DNA of 60,470 nt, counting the filler. It is 5 parts of 5 records of this genome, joined end to end, with 100 filler letters (N's around TTAATTAATTAA, not from the genome) between each part and the next. Parts side by side here need not be neighbours in the genome. Positions count along the whole stretch, not along the records: positions 21,779 to 43,976 come from DRR723986_6260; 4 more parts are not named here. One strand, given 5' to 3'. Positions within the stretch are counted from its first letter, which is position 1; each line of letters begins with the position of its first letter. This document shows positions 21,843 through 32,538 of this stretch, in pieces. The translations under genes were made by a program, and so were the position numbers. The notes under the pieces were generated by a model. The model had not been told where the DNA came from. It saw nothing but the letters and a program-made list of their open reading frames with translations, and searched no databases.

Positions 21843-24443
21843 TCAGTTCTGTTGCCCAATCGTTCGTAGCAAGAACTCTTCGTACTTTCTCATTCTTCCG
21901 ATTCGTTTAACATCGCCTCCTAGACCATGACCGCCTGTTGGATCAAGGAAGAGCTCGACGTTTGTTTCTTTGCCAGCCTTAAGAAGGGCACGATAAACGG
22001 CGACGGTGTCCTGGAAGAGCACGTTGGTGTCCTCCATGCCGTGGACGAGAAGCAGTTGCCCTTGTAGATTCTTTGCAAGTGGAATTAGCGAAAACTCTTC
22101 TTGATCAGGCTTGCCCTTGCGAGAAGGCCCCACGGTCCCCGTGGTGTACCACGAATTGTAGTTCTCCCACTGCGTTGGGCCTGCCCCAGCCATGCCAACT
22201 TGGAAAACGTCCGGCTCGGTGTACAGGCACATTTGCGTTTGAAAGCCGCCGAAACTCCAGCCGTAGATGGCAACTCTCTGGTCGTCGATGTTGTACTCCT
22301 CCTGCATGTATTTCACGCTATCGACCAAGTCTTCGACTTGCGGCTTGCCGACCTGCTCGAAGTTCGATTTCTCGAACAAGCCGCCGTATCCAGATTGGCC
22401 ACGAGGATCGACAACTATTGTCACATAGCCATGCTTCTGCGCCATGTACATTTGAAAGAAGTACGCGTCCGAACTATAGCTTCCATCGGTCACACTATGG
22501 CGACTACCAAGCGGACCTCCGTAGACGTAAATCAACAACGGATGTTTCTTCGACTTTTTCCAACCTTTCGGCTTGAACATCATGCCCGAAATGGAGTGAC
22601 CGTGCCTGTTCTCGTACTCGAAGAACTCAGGCTTGATGCTGATCAGTTCCTTGGTCTTCTCTGAATGGGAATCGGTTACTTGTTCGAAGCTATCGACGCC
22701 ATCCTGGGCAACCAACTCGGTGGGTTGCCCGTAAGTAACGAAGTTGGCCAACATCCGATTTCCGTCATTGCTAACCGCTACGCCAGAGTAGGTGCCTTCT
22801 TTTTTGTTTAAGCGCTCCATTTCGCCTGATTCAAGATCCAAGACGTACACCATCTGCCGGGCCGCTGATTCCTTAGTCGCAGTAACGAACAGACGTTGGT
22901 GGTCATCGGAGTAACGGATCGGATAGACTTCAAACCGCCCACTGGTCAGTTGCCGGACGCTTTCGTACAAGGGATCAAGGATGTGAACATGCCTAAACCC
23001 ACTTTGTTCGCTTATAAATACGATGTGCTTGCTATCACCGGCGAAATCAGGTGAGACCATCGCTGGTGTGTTTGGCCCTCCATAGTGCTTGAACTGGTAC
23101 ACCGTTCGGGCTTCATGCTTGACGAGTTCCGGTGCAAGCGTTCGACCTCCGCTTGGTCCTCGGCGACCAGGCGTACCGTCTTCCTCGTCCTTCTCCTTAG
23201 CTTCAGCCATATCCTTGGCAAAGTCCTTTTCGCGTTGCTTAATCGCCTCCTCAAGGCCTTCTTCCATCTCTTCGTCGGTTGGCCACTTGACCAAACGAAT
23301 CTGAACTTCCGAATTCTCTTGATCGAAGAAGCAGAACGTCACTTGCTGATCATCCAAAGACCAACGTGGCGAGCTGATCACGTCTCGGGGTTCATCGATC
23401 TTGGTTTCGAAAACCTCAATCAACGGAGCCTCTTCAGTGTCGTCCGCGTCGAACTCAAACAAATAGACTTTCACGGTTTGAGGGCTTACTTCATCATCAG
23501 ACACGGTCCTAGAAATCTTGTCCGATTTAGCGAATCGATCACGATACCGAATGATGTCGACGGTTCGAGAACCAGAGCGACTCCCTTCGCGAGTAATCAA
23601 AGCGATGCGTTTGCCATCGTGGCTCAAGGAATACTGGCTAAGCGATTCGCCCGATGGAATCTTAGGCGTTAGTTGTTGGGTTAGATGTTCACCAAATCGA
23701 GTTTGAATCACCGCGTCGTCTCGACGCAGGGTATACCCAGAACCATCCGGTAAGAAGTTCACTTGCGACTCGCGTTCTTCCGTCTTGGTTAATCGCGTCA
23801 ATGTCGGCTTCGATACATCTTGGATCCAGTAAACGTCACCTTCTGAGTTTAGGAGCAGCTCATTCTTGGTCGGGTGCCAGCGGAAAGAGGAGATGCCAGA
23901 GTAGGCGGGCGCGTAGTCATCGTCGGCATCTTTTTCAGATAGGATCAAGTAAGCGTCGCGATCAACTTCTTCATCCTTTTCAGCTTTCTTCTCGTCCTTC
24001 GACAGTTTTGCTTTGTCGTCTTGCTCGTCGGATTCTTCACCCTGCTCATCTTTGGTTTCGTCGTCATCCGGTGCATCATCTTTGCTTGAAGAATACTTCT
24101 CAAGCCGATCTTCAATAACGATTCGTGCCGAGCGCTGGAACTTCGACATCATTTCGATGTTGGTAATTCGCTGATTCTCACCTGTCTTGAAATCGTAAAT
24201 CCACAGATCATTTCCGTGACGCCGTTCTTCGAGCGGCCGATAAAGATAGGCTGCGTAGCGACCATCATCGGAGAACGCGGGACTGCGTGCTGACGGACCA
24301 AACATGCTCTTTGGAGGGAACAGTTTTTCAAGAGTCAATCCATCATCGCCGCTGGCCTTTTCGTTCTTTTCGGCCGCATTGCCTGCACAGCAAAAAACAA
24401 ATGCAAGAGCACAGAGAGCGCCAGGTAGGGTAAACTTGCTCAT
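21843..24443 (-). CDS. S9 family (DPP IV-like) serine peptidase, exported
   Basis: Nucleophile GWSFGG, Asp in HGMEDTNV, His in GGHGL, VYGGP, an N-terminal propeller region and a signal peptide from MSKFTLPG. Confidence 0.92.
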   Translation of the reverse strand: MSKFTLPGALCALAFVFCCAGNAAEKNEKASGDDGLTLEKLFPPKSMFGPSARSPAFSDDGRYAAYLYRPLEERRHGNDLWIYDFKTGENQRITNIEMMSKFQRSARIVIEDRLEKYSSSKDDAPDDDETKDEQGEESDEQDDKAKLSKDEKKAEKDEEVDRDAYLILSEKDADDDYAPAYSGISSFRWHPTKNELLLNSEGDVYWIQDVSKPTLTRLTKTEERESQVNFLPDGSGYTLRRDDAVIQTRFGEHLTQQLTPKIPSGESLSQYSLSHDGKRIALITREGSRSGSRTVDIIRYRDRFAKSDKISRTVSDDEVSPQTVKVYLFEFDADDTEEAPLIEVFETKIDEPRDVISSPRWSLDDQQVTFCFFDQENSEVQIRLVKWPTDEEMEEGLEEAIKQREKDFAKDMAEAKEKDEEDGTPGRRGPSGGRTLAPELVKHEARTVYQFKHYGGPNTPAMVSPDFAGDSKHIVFISEQSGFRHVHILDPLYESVRQLTSGRFEVYPIRYSDDHQRLFVTATKESAARQMVYVLDLESGEMERLNKKEGTYSGVAVSNDGNRMLANFVTYGQPTELVAQDGVDSFEQVTDSHSEKTKELISIKPEFFEYENRHGHSISGMMFKPKGWKKSKKHPLLIYVYGGPLGSRHSVTDGSYSSDAYFFQMYMAQKHGYVTIVVDPRGQSGYGGLFEKSNFEQVGKPQVEDLVDSVKYMQEEYNIDDQRVAIYGWSFGGFQTQMCLYTEPDVFQVGMAGAGPTQWENYNSWYTTGTVGPSRKGKPDQEEFSLIPLAKNLQGQLLLVHGMEDTNVLFQDTVAVYRALLKAGKETNVELFLDPTGGHGLGGDVKRIGRMRKYEEFLLRTIGQQN

Positions 24444-24716
24444 GTAAATCCTAGTGGGGAAGGTCTTTGGGGGAGGGATGAACGAACATTGTCCGCGACG
24501 CCATCGCAAGACACCGCCATTGCCGCCAGCCACTATTGTAGTTGGTCCGGATCAATCTGCGGCGAGAACGCTCGATCTGCGAAGTGGCACTTGCTTGAAC
24601 GTCCTCAAATACAGAAAGTGGTACGATTAGCCTTTCGCGAACCCGAATGGCGTGGATCGTTACCCAAGCTTGACTTCCTCGCTGGTCTTCCTGTCGGTAC
24701 AGAAACTGAACGCAGA

Positions 24717-26822
24717 ATGAGAGCACCGCAGAAAATCACCCTCCGGCTTCTCCTGCTCCTTGTAGGCTTTCTGCCGATTGTCGCAGGGTTAGTTATTGCT
24801 GTCCGCAAGCTGCGTCCGGTTTCAGTGTTTGACGGTGGCCAATACATCAAAGCGCACAACTCCGTTCTCTTCGTTGGCGACTACGGCAATCGCTTTCGTG
24901 GATACCAACGATTCTATTGGTTGGACCTTTCTACTGAACAAGAGCAAGAACTGGAAAGCCCAACCCATTATGGCCTTTGGCAGAGTTTTGAGTTCGTGGA
25001 CTCTCAAGGGCAGGTCTATGGAATTACTCCTGCCGATAACTTGGTGGTCAGCAGCATTGCCGGTAGTAAATCTATGCTCGTTGGTACGTCGCGGGACATC
25101 CTCGTGGGGCAGTATCTCGTCCGCTCTGCATTCGGACCTGACGAACAATCCCGTAGGATCGAATGGCAAGACATAGAATCTAGCTCGCCGACGCAGGTAA
25201 ACGTTGCCAGGGTTGCCGGGCATGTTGGATACCCGCTTACTTGCATCGAGGGAACGAACTCCTTCTATTCAGTTCGCGACGTCCGAGAGTTGAAATCACG
25301 CGCCAAGCGGAGGAACTTGCGTCGCCAAGCACCGAAGCAATTCCGATCCGAACTGTGTGAGTTTTCGATATTTAGCCTCGATGGCAGCAAGCTCTCTTTC
25401 ATCCGCACTTTCCAAGGCTACTCAGGTGATGTGCGCTCCGATGGTGGAAAGCTCGTTCACTTAGCGCCCGCACGAGATAGGATGATAGTCCGAGACGGGT
25501 CAACCGGTGAAGTCGAGTCAGAGCACAGGTTCAACCAACGTGTTCTCGAGACTTGGAGCCTTTACAATTCAGTGCTCACACTTCGTTTTGCAAACAGCAG
25601 TGTCGAAACATACTGCTTGCAGTCTGGTCGCAAAATGGAGATTCCCGACACGTGGCAAAACCTTGTATTTGATCGGAGCGAGCACGAATACCTAACAGTA
25701 GGTCTTGCTGGCACTACTCCTGGGTGGCGATGGGATCCTCACATCCAAATAAGAGATAACGCAACCGATGCGATCTTGCGTCAATTCTCGTTTCCTGATC
25801 GCGATTGCTACTTCGGCACACCGAGCTCGGGTGTCCACTTCGCTGGCAATGGCGAATTGCTTTTTCTAACAATCGACCAGCGTGCAATATTCGTCGATTC
25901 TGAGACTGGACAAACGAATCGAACCGTGGCCCCACGGAGGAAGTTTAAGCTGCTCGGGTTAGTTTGCGCCATCTCGGGTTTTGCGTGGTGGCTCGTTTGG
26001 TTGCATCAGACTCGAAGCCTTCCTTGGTTCTCCTTCGTTAACGTCTTCGCCTGCAGTTTGTTGGTCTGTGCCCTTAGTTACGTTCGTCTAACAACGACAG
26101 GAGCAATCTTCTACAACCCCAGCGATGTGAGCTGGCTACCGCTGGCAACGATTGTCGCCTACTACTGGGTATTGGTCAGCTTCACTGCTACAAGTCTGAG
26201 GACTCGACTGCACTGGAGAATACTGCCAGCGATTATCTATGCGGCCCTTTTCGTTGCGATCTACTGCCAGTATTTAGGGTGGCACCAATCGACAAGATCA
26301 AACCTAGTATTTTTCGCTCTAAGCGCAGCATGGCTCCTGCTGCTGGTTGTCTTATCGCCAAACATGAACCCGTTCCGCAAACTTACTGGTCCATCGACGT
26401 CCAAACGGCCTTGGTTTCTTCGGTGGTCCCTCGCAGGCTTGTTGCTAACGACAACCAGCATTGCCTTGGTCATCGCGCTTGTGCAAAGCCAGGATTGGGA
26501 TGACTGGAGTTTCGCTCTTCGCCCTGACCGTATAGCGAAGATGCTAATCACTAGCTTGGCATACTCAGTCATAGTTTACGGAGGCTGGTATCTCGCCTAT
26601 GCCGGACGAGTGTGGGTGCGATGTATTGTCGCAGTTGTCTTGATGTTTGCAGGTGCAACACTTTATCTGACGAGACAGTGGTACCAGCGGCCATTTTTTG
26701 CGTGGGACTGGTACGACTTCCAATCGATGGCCGAAATCGTATTTATGCTGGTCGCCACAACTGCTGTTTTAACTTTGCCATTTCGAGTTAGATTGTATCG
26801 CGAGGGGCGGCCGCTGTTGTAG
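24717..26822 (+). CDS. Membrane protein: N-terminal TM, soluble beta-rich domain, multi-TM C-terminus
   Basis: Long ORF with a clear hydrophobicity pattern and the planctomycete-style RWSLAGLLLTTT motif. Start placed at MRAPQK. Confidence 0.65.
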   Translation: MRAPQKITLRLLLLLVGFLPIVAGLVIAVRKLRPVSVFDGGQYIKAHNSVLFVGDYGNRFRGYQRFYWLDLSTEQEQELESPTHYGLWQSFEFVDSQGQVYGITPADNLVVSSIAGSKSMLVGTSRDILVGQYLVRSAFGPDEQSRRIEWQDIESSSPTQVNVARVAGHVGYPLTCIEGTNSFYSVRDVRELKSRAKRRNLRRQAPKQFRSELCEFSIFSLDGSKLSFIRTFQGYSGDVRSDGGKLVHLAPARDRMIVRDGSTGEVESEHRFNQRVLETWSLYNSVLTLRFANSSVETYCLQSGRKMEIPDTWQNLVFDRSEHEYLTVGLAGTTPGWRWDPHIQIRDNATDAILRQFSFPDRDCYFGTPSSGVHFAGNGELLFLTIDQRAIFVDSETGQTNRTVAPRRKFKLLGLVCAISGFAWWLVWLHQTRSLPWFSFVNVFACSLLVCALSYVRLTTTGAIFYNPSDVSWLPLATIVAYYWVLVSFTATSLRTRLHWRILPAIIYAALFVAIYCQYLGWHQSTRSNLVFFALSAAWLLLLVVLSPNMNPFRKLTGPSTSKRPWFLRWSLAGLLLTTTSIALVIALVQSQDWDDWSFALRPDRIAKMLITSLAYSVIVYGGWYLAYAGRVWVRCIVAVVLMFAGATLYLTRQWYQRPFFAWDWYDFQSMAEIVFMLVATTAVLTLPFRVRLYREGRPLL

Positions 26823-26981
26823 TGCCGCTGGGGGCACAGTTCCCAGAGACACAGTTGCCACAGGCAAACGCAAATCCAAGGCGACAGCCGCCCAGGGCGA
26901 CAAAGGCCCATTTGCCGCCAAACACCAACGCAATTGACCACCTTGGCCTCGGCCATTTCCATTGGTTTTCGGAGAGCTTCA

Positions 26982-27173
26982 GTGAAAGAACAACTCAAAG
27001 CACTCTGGAAAGAGACATGGTGGTTGTGGTGTCTGTTTATCGCCATGATTTTAGGGATCTCCTACATCGAAACCCCAGCGTTTCTGTCGACGCTGAGCAT
27101 GCTCCCGCCGATTTACATCTACTTTGCCTTCATTCGTTTCGACGAAAACGGAGACAAGATCGAAGACCTGTAG
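26982..27173 (+). CDS. Small two-TM membrane protein
   Basis: GTG after GGAGAG; WWLWCLFIAMILGI...IYIYFAFIRFDENG. Confidence 0.55.
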   Translation: MKEQLKALWKETWWLWCLFIAMILGISYIETPAFLSTLSMLPPIYIYFAFIRFDENGDKIEDL

Positions 27174-27282
27174 AGACTCTGCTCTCTTTCCATGCAAACT
27201 CGTTGCGGAACGGGCGAGAATTGGCCACGATCGGCGAACATGGGAATGCCGGTTCCGCTGACGAAATCAAGGGTGCAACAAG

Positions 27283-28200
27283 ATGAGTGTGAAAAAATGG
27301 CTACAACAGACCGCTGAGGCGGGATACTCATCAATCGCCGGCGGCGTGCAAGCTGCTGGCTTCGGAGTTGGATACCTGAGCGAGATGGTCGGCAGCTTTC
27401 GACTGTTCGGGACAAGCGCAAGCGGGGATAGCAACCAACAGTACGACGAAAGGCACTATTTCCTTGTTCCCGATCTCCGCAGCGTGGACGGCTATTCGAT
27501 CGTGGTGACCCGCCTTCTTCCGGAAGGAATCCCGCCGATCAACAAGCTTCCCAAACGTCGCCTGCTCCATTTGCCGAACCTAGAATCGGAGCCCATGCTA
27601 CGTCAACTGCTCGTAGATCAAGCAAAGTCAAGAGAACTCTCCAAGGCTCCGGATGGGAAAACACTTGCCGACCGAGCTCGCGAGATGGCCGATGCGATTG
27701 ATGCACTCGACGAACGCGTTTTCGGAGGCGTTCTGTTGATCGGTGGCTTGGTAGCAATCTTCAATCCCCTGGCCGGCGCGGCAATAGCCGCCAAGAGCCT
27801 GATTCCGTCACTTGGAATGTTCGCATCCAAGTACGGTTTGCGAATCGCAGAAGATAAGCTGAGCGAATCGGATATGAAGCGGCGTGTCAAAGATGCCGAA
27901 AAACAAGTTGCGAGCGAATTCCAGCAGTCTGGCACCGAAATCATTGCCGATGAGCTATTGGATATCCTCCAACGATCGATTGGTACCGACGAGGACTCCT
28001 TTGATCCGATGCTCGCCCTGGAGGAACTACGCCATCGGGATCAAGATGCGGAGGCCAGACGCCTGCGCAAGCTGACCGCTCGGACCATCTCCGGAGTCTA
28101 CGACGATGTCTTAGATGATCCTCAGCAGCAATTAATTGCTCAACTCGGACCAGAAGACTTAAGGTTCTTGCGTTTATTGCGAGACGGCTGGTCCAACTAG
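27283..28200 (+). CDS. Hypothetical protein
   Basis: 305-aa ORF with a central hydrophobic segment GGVLLIGGLVAIFNPLAGAAIAA. Confidence 0.7.
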   Translation: MSVKKWLQQTAEAGYSSIAGGVQAAGFGVGYLSEMVGSFRLFGTSASGDSNQQYDERHYFLVPDLRSVDGYSIVVTRLLPEGIPPINKLPKRRLLHLPNLESEPMLRQLLVDQAKSRELSKAPDGKTLADRAREMADAIDALDERVFGGVLLIGGLVAIFNPLAGAAIAAKSLIPSLGMFASKYGLRIAEDKLSESDMKRRVKDAEKQVASEFQQSGTEIIADELLDILQRSIGTDEDSFDPMLALEELRHRDQDAEARRLRKLTARTISGVYDDVLDDPQQQLIAQLGPEDLRFLRLLRDGWSN

Positions 28201-28346
28201 CTTAGAACGCTTGCAGTATTCAAAGCGTTCGAGGACTCGTGAAGGATGAACCGTCCTGCCAGCCCGCCGAGGGCACTGGGCCCTCAAGCGTAACGATCGG
28301 ATCTGAGGCGGCTTTTGCCTCGGTAGCTCAAACGCTCATAAGGCGT

Positions 28347-28955
28347 CTACTTACCGAAGAACTTGTTCATGCCAAGTTTCATCACATCGCTAAAGTCGAA
28401 ATCCCCGTCGCCGTCTTGATCGAGTAGTCCACTCAAGAGCCCGCCTGTAGCTTGCTTCTCCATGGTCTCTTTTTCGCCGCGGAGCATCCCAGCAAGTCCG
28501 CCGAGATCCATGCCACCGCCACTCTTCGCCTTGTTTCCAATAGCACCAAGTACCATCGGTGCGAGCATTGCCATCAGCGATCCCGCTTGACCACCGCTGA
28601 GCCCTGATGCTTTGCCGATGCCGTCTTCAACCTTAGACTTTTTGCCGCCAAGGAGATTTTCCAGCAGTCCGCCACCGTCGCCCAAGAACCCTTGAGCGGC
28701 TGGTCCCGAACTTGCACCGCCAAGCAACCCTGAAAGATTGTCGAAGACGCTGTCGTCCTCTTGTTGCAACGAGTCATGCAAGCGCTGCACTTCTGTTTCA
28801 TCATCCGCCTTGCGAGCCACAGCGCCTAGCAAGGTAGGCAGAGCCATACCAACAGCGTTCTCAGCTTGCGACTTGTCGACGCCAAGCTGCTGCGAAATCT
28901 GATCCATTTGTTCAGGACCTAGCTGTTGGTTCAACAAATCCATTATGCTCGACAT
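28347..28955 (-). CDS. DUF937 domain protein
   Basis: QISQQLG...ALPTLLGA, LMAMLAPMVLG and C-terminal LDQDGDG. GAGGA RBS. Confidence 0.85.
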   Translation of the reverse strand: MSSIMDLLNQQLGPEQMDQISQQLGVDKSQAENAVGMALPTLLGAVARKADDETEVQRLHDSLQQEDDSVFDNLSGLLGGASSGPAAQGFLGDGGGLLENLLGGKKSKVEDGIGKASGLSGGQAGSLMAMLAPMVLGAIGNKAKSGGGMDLGGLAGMLRGEKETMEKQATGGLLSGLLDQDGDGDFDFSDVMKLGMNKFFGK

Positions 28956-29093
28956 AATATTTCCTCGATACGATAAGCTTGGTTTGCATCAAAAGAGCCA
29001 GGAAAATTCGGCCCACTAGCAAAAGACCAGAACACGGGCTCCCCTGCAATCCCCCGACAGCTTTTTTCCATATTCACTTCAACGAACAAATCA

Positions 29094-29384
29094 TTGCGAT
29101 TCCCTCTGTCAGCATTGTTGCTATTCACTTTAGCCATGGCGGCAATGATTGCCATCAACCTGGTTCCGAGGGACATTGGCTCAGGACGCAGAATACTTGT
29201 TCGCGGTTGGCCGCTCGCACACACGACGCAACTCGTCGTCAATCAGCCGAACTCCAATGCTAACGACACGACGAAAATTATCGGATCAGGGGCTGCTGTG
29301 GACACGGTCTGTGCGTTGATGATTGGCTTCTCATTCACAGCGGCAGCACAGCGCTGCTTGAGACGAAGACAGTCTCGGAACTGA
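29094..29384 (+). CDS. Small membrane hypothetical protein
   Basis: RFPLSALLLFTLAMAA planctomycete-type N-terminus, RGWP and a C-terminal TM. TTG start. Confidence 0.45.
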   Translation: MRFPLSALLLFTLAMAAMIAINLVPRDIGSGRRILVRGWPLAHTTQLVVNQPNSNANDTTKIIGSGAAVDTVCALMIGFSFTAAAQRCLRRRQSRN

Positions 29385-29463
29385 AATCAAAGCGTCTGAA
29401 GGAGAGTGCGTTCGCTTGCTTGGCAGCGGACAAGGCAATGTCGGGCAAGTGCATGCCCCGAAT

Positions 29464-30600
29464 TCATTGCCCGAGCCGAGCGTTCACCTTGAAGTATGGC
29501 GGGCAATACTGCGCCAGGAATTCCATGCTTCCCGGCTGTGCCCAGGAATCTGCATGGCACGGTTCTTGAAAGTCCTCAATCACGAATCCCGCTGAGCAGA
29601 TCCCGCCAACGATAGCCGAATAGGAATGTGCGGTTTCGCAGCACCCCGCTTCACGCAGATGCGGAATCCCTCGCTCCTTCGCCTTGATGATTGCCCCCTG
29701 ACGAATTGATACGGCAACGCCGATGGCGGACTCCGTGGCTTGCAAAGCGGTGGGGGATTTATGCTGTGAGACGTATCGCCCACCAGGCCGAAGGACTCTC
29801 GCCACTTCGCTGAACACTTCCGTCAAATTATGTGAATACGAAGTGCTAACCGGTTGTAATACCACGTCTTGACTGGCGGTGGAGATCTGCCCCAGATCAT
29901 GCATATCAGCAACGCAACATTGCATACGTGCGTCGTGCTCCCGAGCATACTGTTTGTCAATCTCAAGCAACTGCTCGCATTGATCGACGACCGTCACTCG
30001 TGCACCAGCGCTGCAAAGTATTGGACCATGCGTTCCGCCCCCGGCAGCCAGACACAAGACATCACGGCCAGCAACGCTATCGCTTCGCAACCACGGATCA
30101 AGCGATGCGTTCGCTTGTTCTCGAGACAGCTTCGGCGGAGTTGTGATCGCAAACCTCTGATCGTCCGCCAGCGTGCGCCATGCGGCTTTATTAGTCTCCT
30201 GCTGTGAATTCGCTTCCATTACCCAATTGGCAAACTGCTCTCTTGCTTCGCCAACCAAGCTTGAAAGCGTCCGCTCAGGATAGGGCAGGGCAGGGTGGAG
30301 TCGCCGTGACACTTCGTCAAACGGACTGTAGAACCGATCACCAAGCTGCACACGTGGCGGCGACGCTTCTCCAAGGCCAACCCAAGCATCGCCCTCGGAG
30401 GTGAGTTGGCGGCCGAGCCAAGCCCCGAGGTGGCCGACAGCATCAGCAAAAATCCCAGTCGAAGAATCGGCATTCCGCAGCAACTGCAAAATTGCGTCAA
30501 CTGAGCCAAGCGACAGCTCTGGGAATGCAGGACAAAAACTCTTGCTCCATTGTGCAGCAGAGTCAGCGAGCATTTTCAACGTCGACAGATCCGATGACAT
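29464..30600 (-). CDS. Class I SAM-dependent methyltransferase with an N-terminal extension
   Basis: Motifs VLCLAAGGG, VTVVD, ADMHDL, QPVSTSY and EVARVLRPGG. Confidence 0.85.
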   Translation of the reverse strand: MSSDLSTLKMLADSAAQWSKSFCPAFPELSLGSVDAILQLLRNADSSTGIFADAVGHLGAWLGRQLTSEGDAWVGLGEASPPRVQLGDRFYSPFDEVSRRLHPALPYPERTLSSLVGEAREQFANWVMEANSQQETNKAAWRTLADDQRFAITTPPKLSREQANASLDPWLRSDSVAGRDVLCLAAGGGTHGPILCSAGARVTVVDQCEQLLEIDKQYAREHDARMQCCVADMHDLGQISTASQDVVLQPVSTSYSHNLTEVFSEVARVLRPGGRYVSQHKSPTALQATESAIGVAVSIRQGAIIKAKERGIPHLREAGCCETAHSYSAIVGGICSAGFVIEDFQEPCHADSWAQPGSMEFLAQYCPPYFKVNARLGQ

Positions 30601-30629
30601 CTTGCCCTCTGGTTCGTAGATTCCTCAGT

Positions 30630-30671
30630 ACCTTCAGCGTGACTCAATTGACCTTCAGCGTAACGCAACTG
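30630..30671. repeat. 21-bp direct repeat in a divergent promoter region
   Basis: ACCTTCAGCGTGACTCAATTG followed directly by ACCTTCAGCGTAACGCAACTG. Confidence 0.7.
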
Positions 30672-30866
30672 CGACTCACTTGGTAACGCAAACGATCTGT
30701 GCAGACGCCTCGTCCGTAAGTGCTTGTGAGCCTGCAACAACACCGGTCGAGCTTTAGAATGCGAGCAAAATTGTGTAGACTACCTCTACGGTCGACGGGC
30801 AATCCTTGACTGACTTGGCAGCTCTTTTCTTCCGACTAAGCCTATTCTCCAAATTCGAGGACCACC

Positions 30867-31925
30867 ATGTTACGCCAAATCCATTCTCCCTTCATTGGCT
30901 TATTTGTGATCGTCGGCGGATTGCTGTGCCCGACACTACCGGCCGCAGACCAGGACGAAATTGTTGACGGACGTTGGGAGTGGAGCAACGACATCGGCAA
31001 CGCCGGCGTCATCGACAGTGTTCTCATCCTGCATTCTGACGGCGAAAAACTGACGGGAACTTACAAAAACCAGATGCACTCTGCCGAAATCAAAGAGGGC
31101 AGTATTGAAGACGTCGATGTCTGGTTCACCATGTTGATCGATACTCCGGATGGCGAAATTGAAGCCAGTTTCGCTGGTGAGTTCATCGATGGCGAGTTAG
31201 CCGGTGAGATTTCGATCGGGCGCGATGGTGAGACCATGGAAGTTCCCTGGGAACCAACTCGCGTGACACGGAATGAGGACATTACTGGTACTTGGAATTT
31301 TGAATTCACTGCTCCAGATGGCAATGAATACAAACCTAAGTTTGTACTCCGCGAGAAGAACGGCAAGCTGAGCGGAACGGCTAGTGCCGAGGATACTTCA
31401 ATCGAATTGAAAGACGTCAAACTTTCAAACAACAAGCTGACCTTTGGCTATACAATCGATTACAACGGTGCCGACCTCTCGCTGAAGTACACTTGCCATC
31501 CGAGAGGTCACAAACTGGTCGGATCATGCGCCTACGAAGTCAGCGACAACGATGGAGAATTTCCCGTCAGCGCTAAGAAACAGGTGCTGGACAAACAACT
31601 GCGTGACCTGGTCGGTGCTTGGAATTGTGCGGTCACCGGCCCAGATGGGGTCGATTACAACCCGATCTTGACCGTCCAAAACGTCGACGGAAAGCTCTCT
31701 GGCAGAATCGCGACGAACGAATTGGATATGGAGATCAAGAAGATCTGGCTGAAAGATGGAAAGATCACCTTCAACTTCATAACAGATCACCAGGAAGAAG
31801 GGATCGTTAACCTTTCCTGGAGTTGTACGGTGGAAGGCGATCAACTAACCGGCCAGGTGGAATTTTCGGTTGCAGGCGAATCGGGAACCATCGACGTGAC
31901 GGGCATGCGAATTAAGGACGATTGA
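30867..31925 (+). CDS. Secreted protein with three tandem ~105-aa beta-rich repeats
   Basis: Signal peptide. Repeats begin IVDGRW, DITGTW and DLVGAW, each with a KL(T/S)G motif. GAGGA RBS. Confidence 0.8.
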   Translation: MLRQIHSPFIGLFVIVGGLLCPTLPAADQDEIVDGRWEWSNDIGNAGVIDSVLILHSDGEKLTGTYKNQMHSAEIKEGSIEDVDVWFTMLIDTPDGEIEASFAGEFIDGELAGEISIGRDGETMEVPWEPTRVTRNEDITGTWNFEFTAPDGNEYKPKFVLREKNGKLSGTASAEDTSIELKDVKLSNNKLTFGYTIDYNGADLSLKYTCHPRGHKLVGSCAYEVSDNDGEFPVSAKKQVLDKQLRDLVGAWNCAVTGPDGVDYNPILTVQNVDGKLSGRIATNELDMEIKKIWLKDGKITFNFITDHQEEGIVNLSWSCTVEGDQLTGQVEFSVAGESGTIDVTGMRIKDD

Positions 31926-32136
31926 TTCTTAACTCCGGCCATTGCTGCTGGCTGCATCGGTGCGGTTCATGCTCAGCTTCTTTAGACGGCAAGTTGTCTT
32001 TAGAGAGCAGAATGGGCCATCGCACGCTGTGGAGAAAAGCCGCAGTTGGACAACCGTTGAGCGACAACCAAGTCGTTCGATGCTGACTTCAACATCTAAC
32101 AGAAGGTCGCGCATCACGTCTTGTGAATGCGTGCCA

Positions 32137-32538
32137 TTATTTCGCTTCGCGTCTCGGGTTGGCACAATCACCAACGTTGGCTTGGCGCAGGCGGGTTAGT
32201 CGCTCTGCGGATTGCTGGACCTTTGGCTGACCAAGCACCTCCAATTGCTGTATCGCAAGTTCCAGCAATTCGCCGCCAGCAGAGTCGACCTGGTCCTTGA
32301 GCGCGTACAGGGCTAATGTTGCGGTCTGCAGGTGATCTCGGTTTTGGTGATCTCGCGCTCGGCACTCCAGGCCAATGTCGAGTCGCGGATTGTCGGAATG
32401 ATCGAGTTCAACGGCTACACCCTCAGGAATACTCACCCCCAGAGTCACACGGCGACCGTCAATCTGCGCAACAGAAACCTCGATATTGTGATCAGCGAAG
32501 AAAATCGATTGTCCTTCGCGTCTTGAAAATCTAATCAC
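32137..32538 (-). CDS. Carbon storage regulator (CsrA)-like protein with a C-terminal helical extension
   Basis: FSRREGQSIFF...IEVSVAQIDGRRVTLGVSIP matches the CsrA pattern LSRKxGESI...IxVxVxxIxGxxVRLGIxAP. Confidence 0.65.
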   Translation of the reverse strand: MIRFSRREGQSIFFADHNIEVSVAQIDGRRVTLGVSIPEGVAVELDHSDNPRLDIGLECRARDHQNRDHLQTATLALYALKDQVDSAGGELLELAIQQLEVLGQPKVQQSAERLTRLRQANVGDCANPRREAK

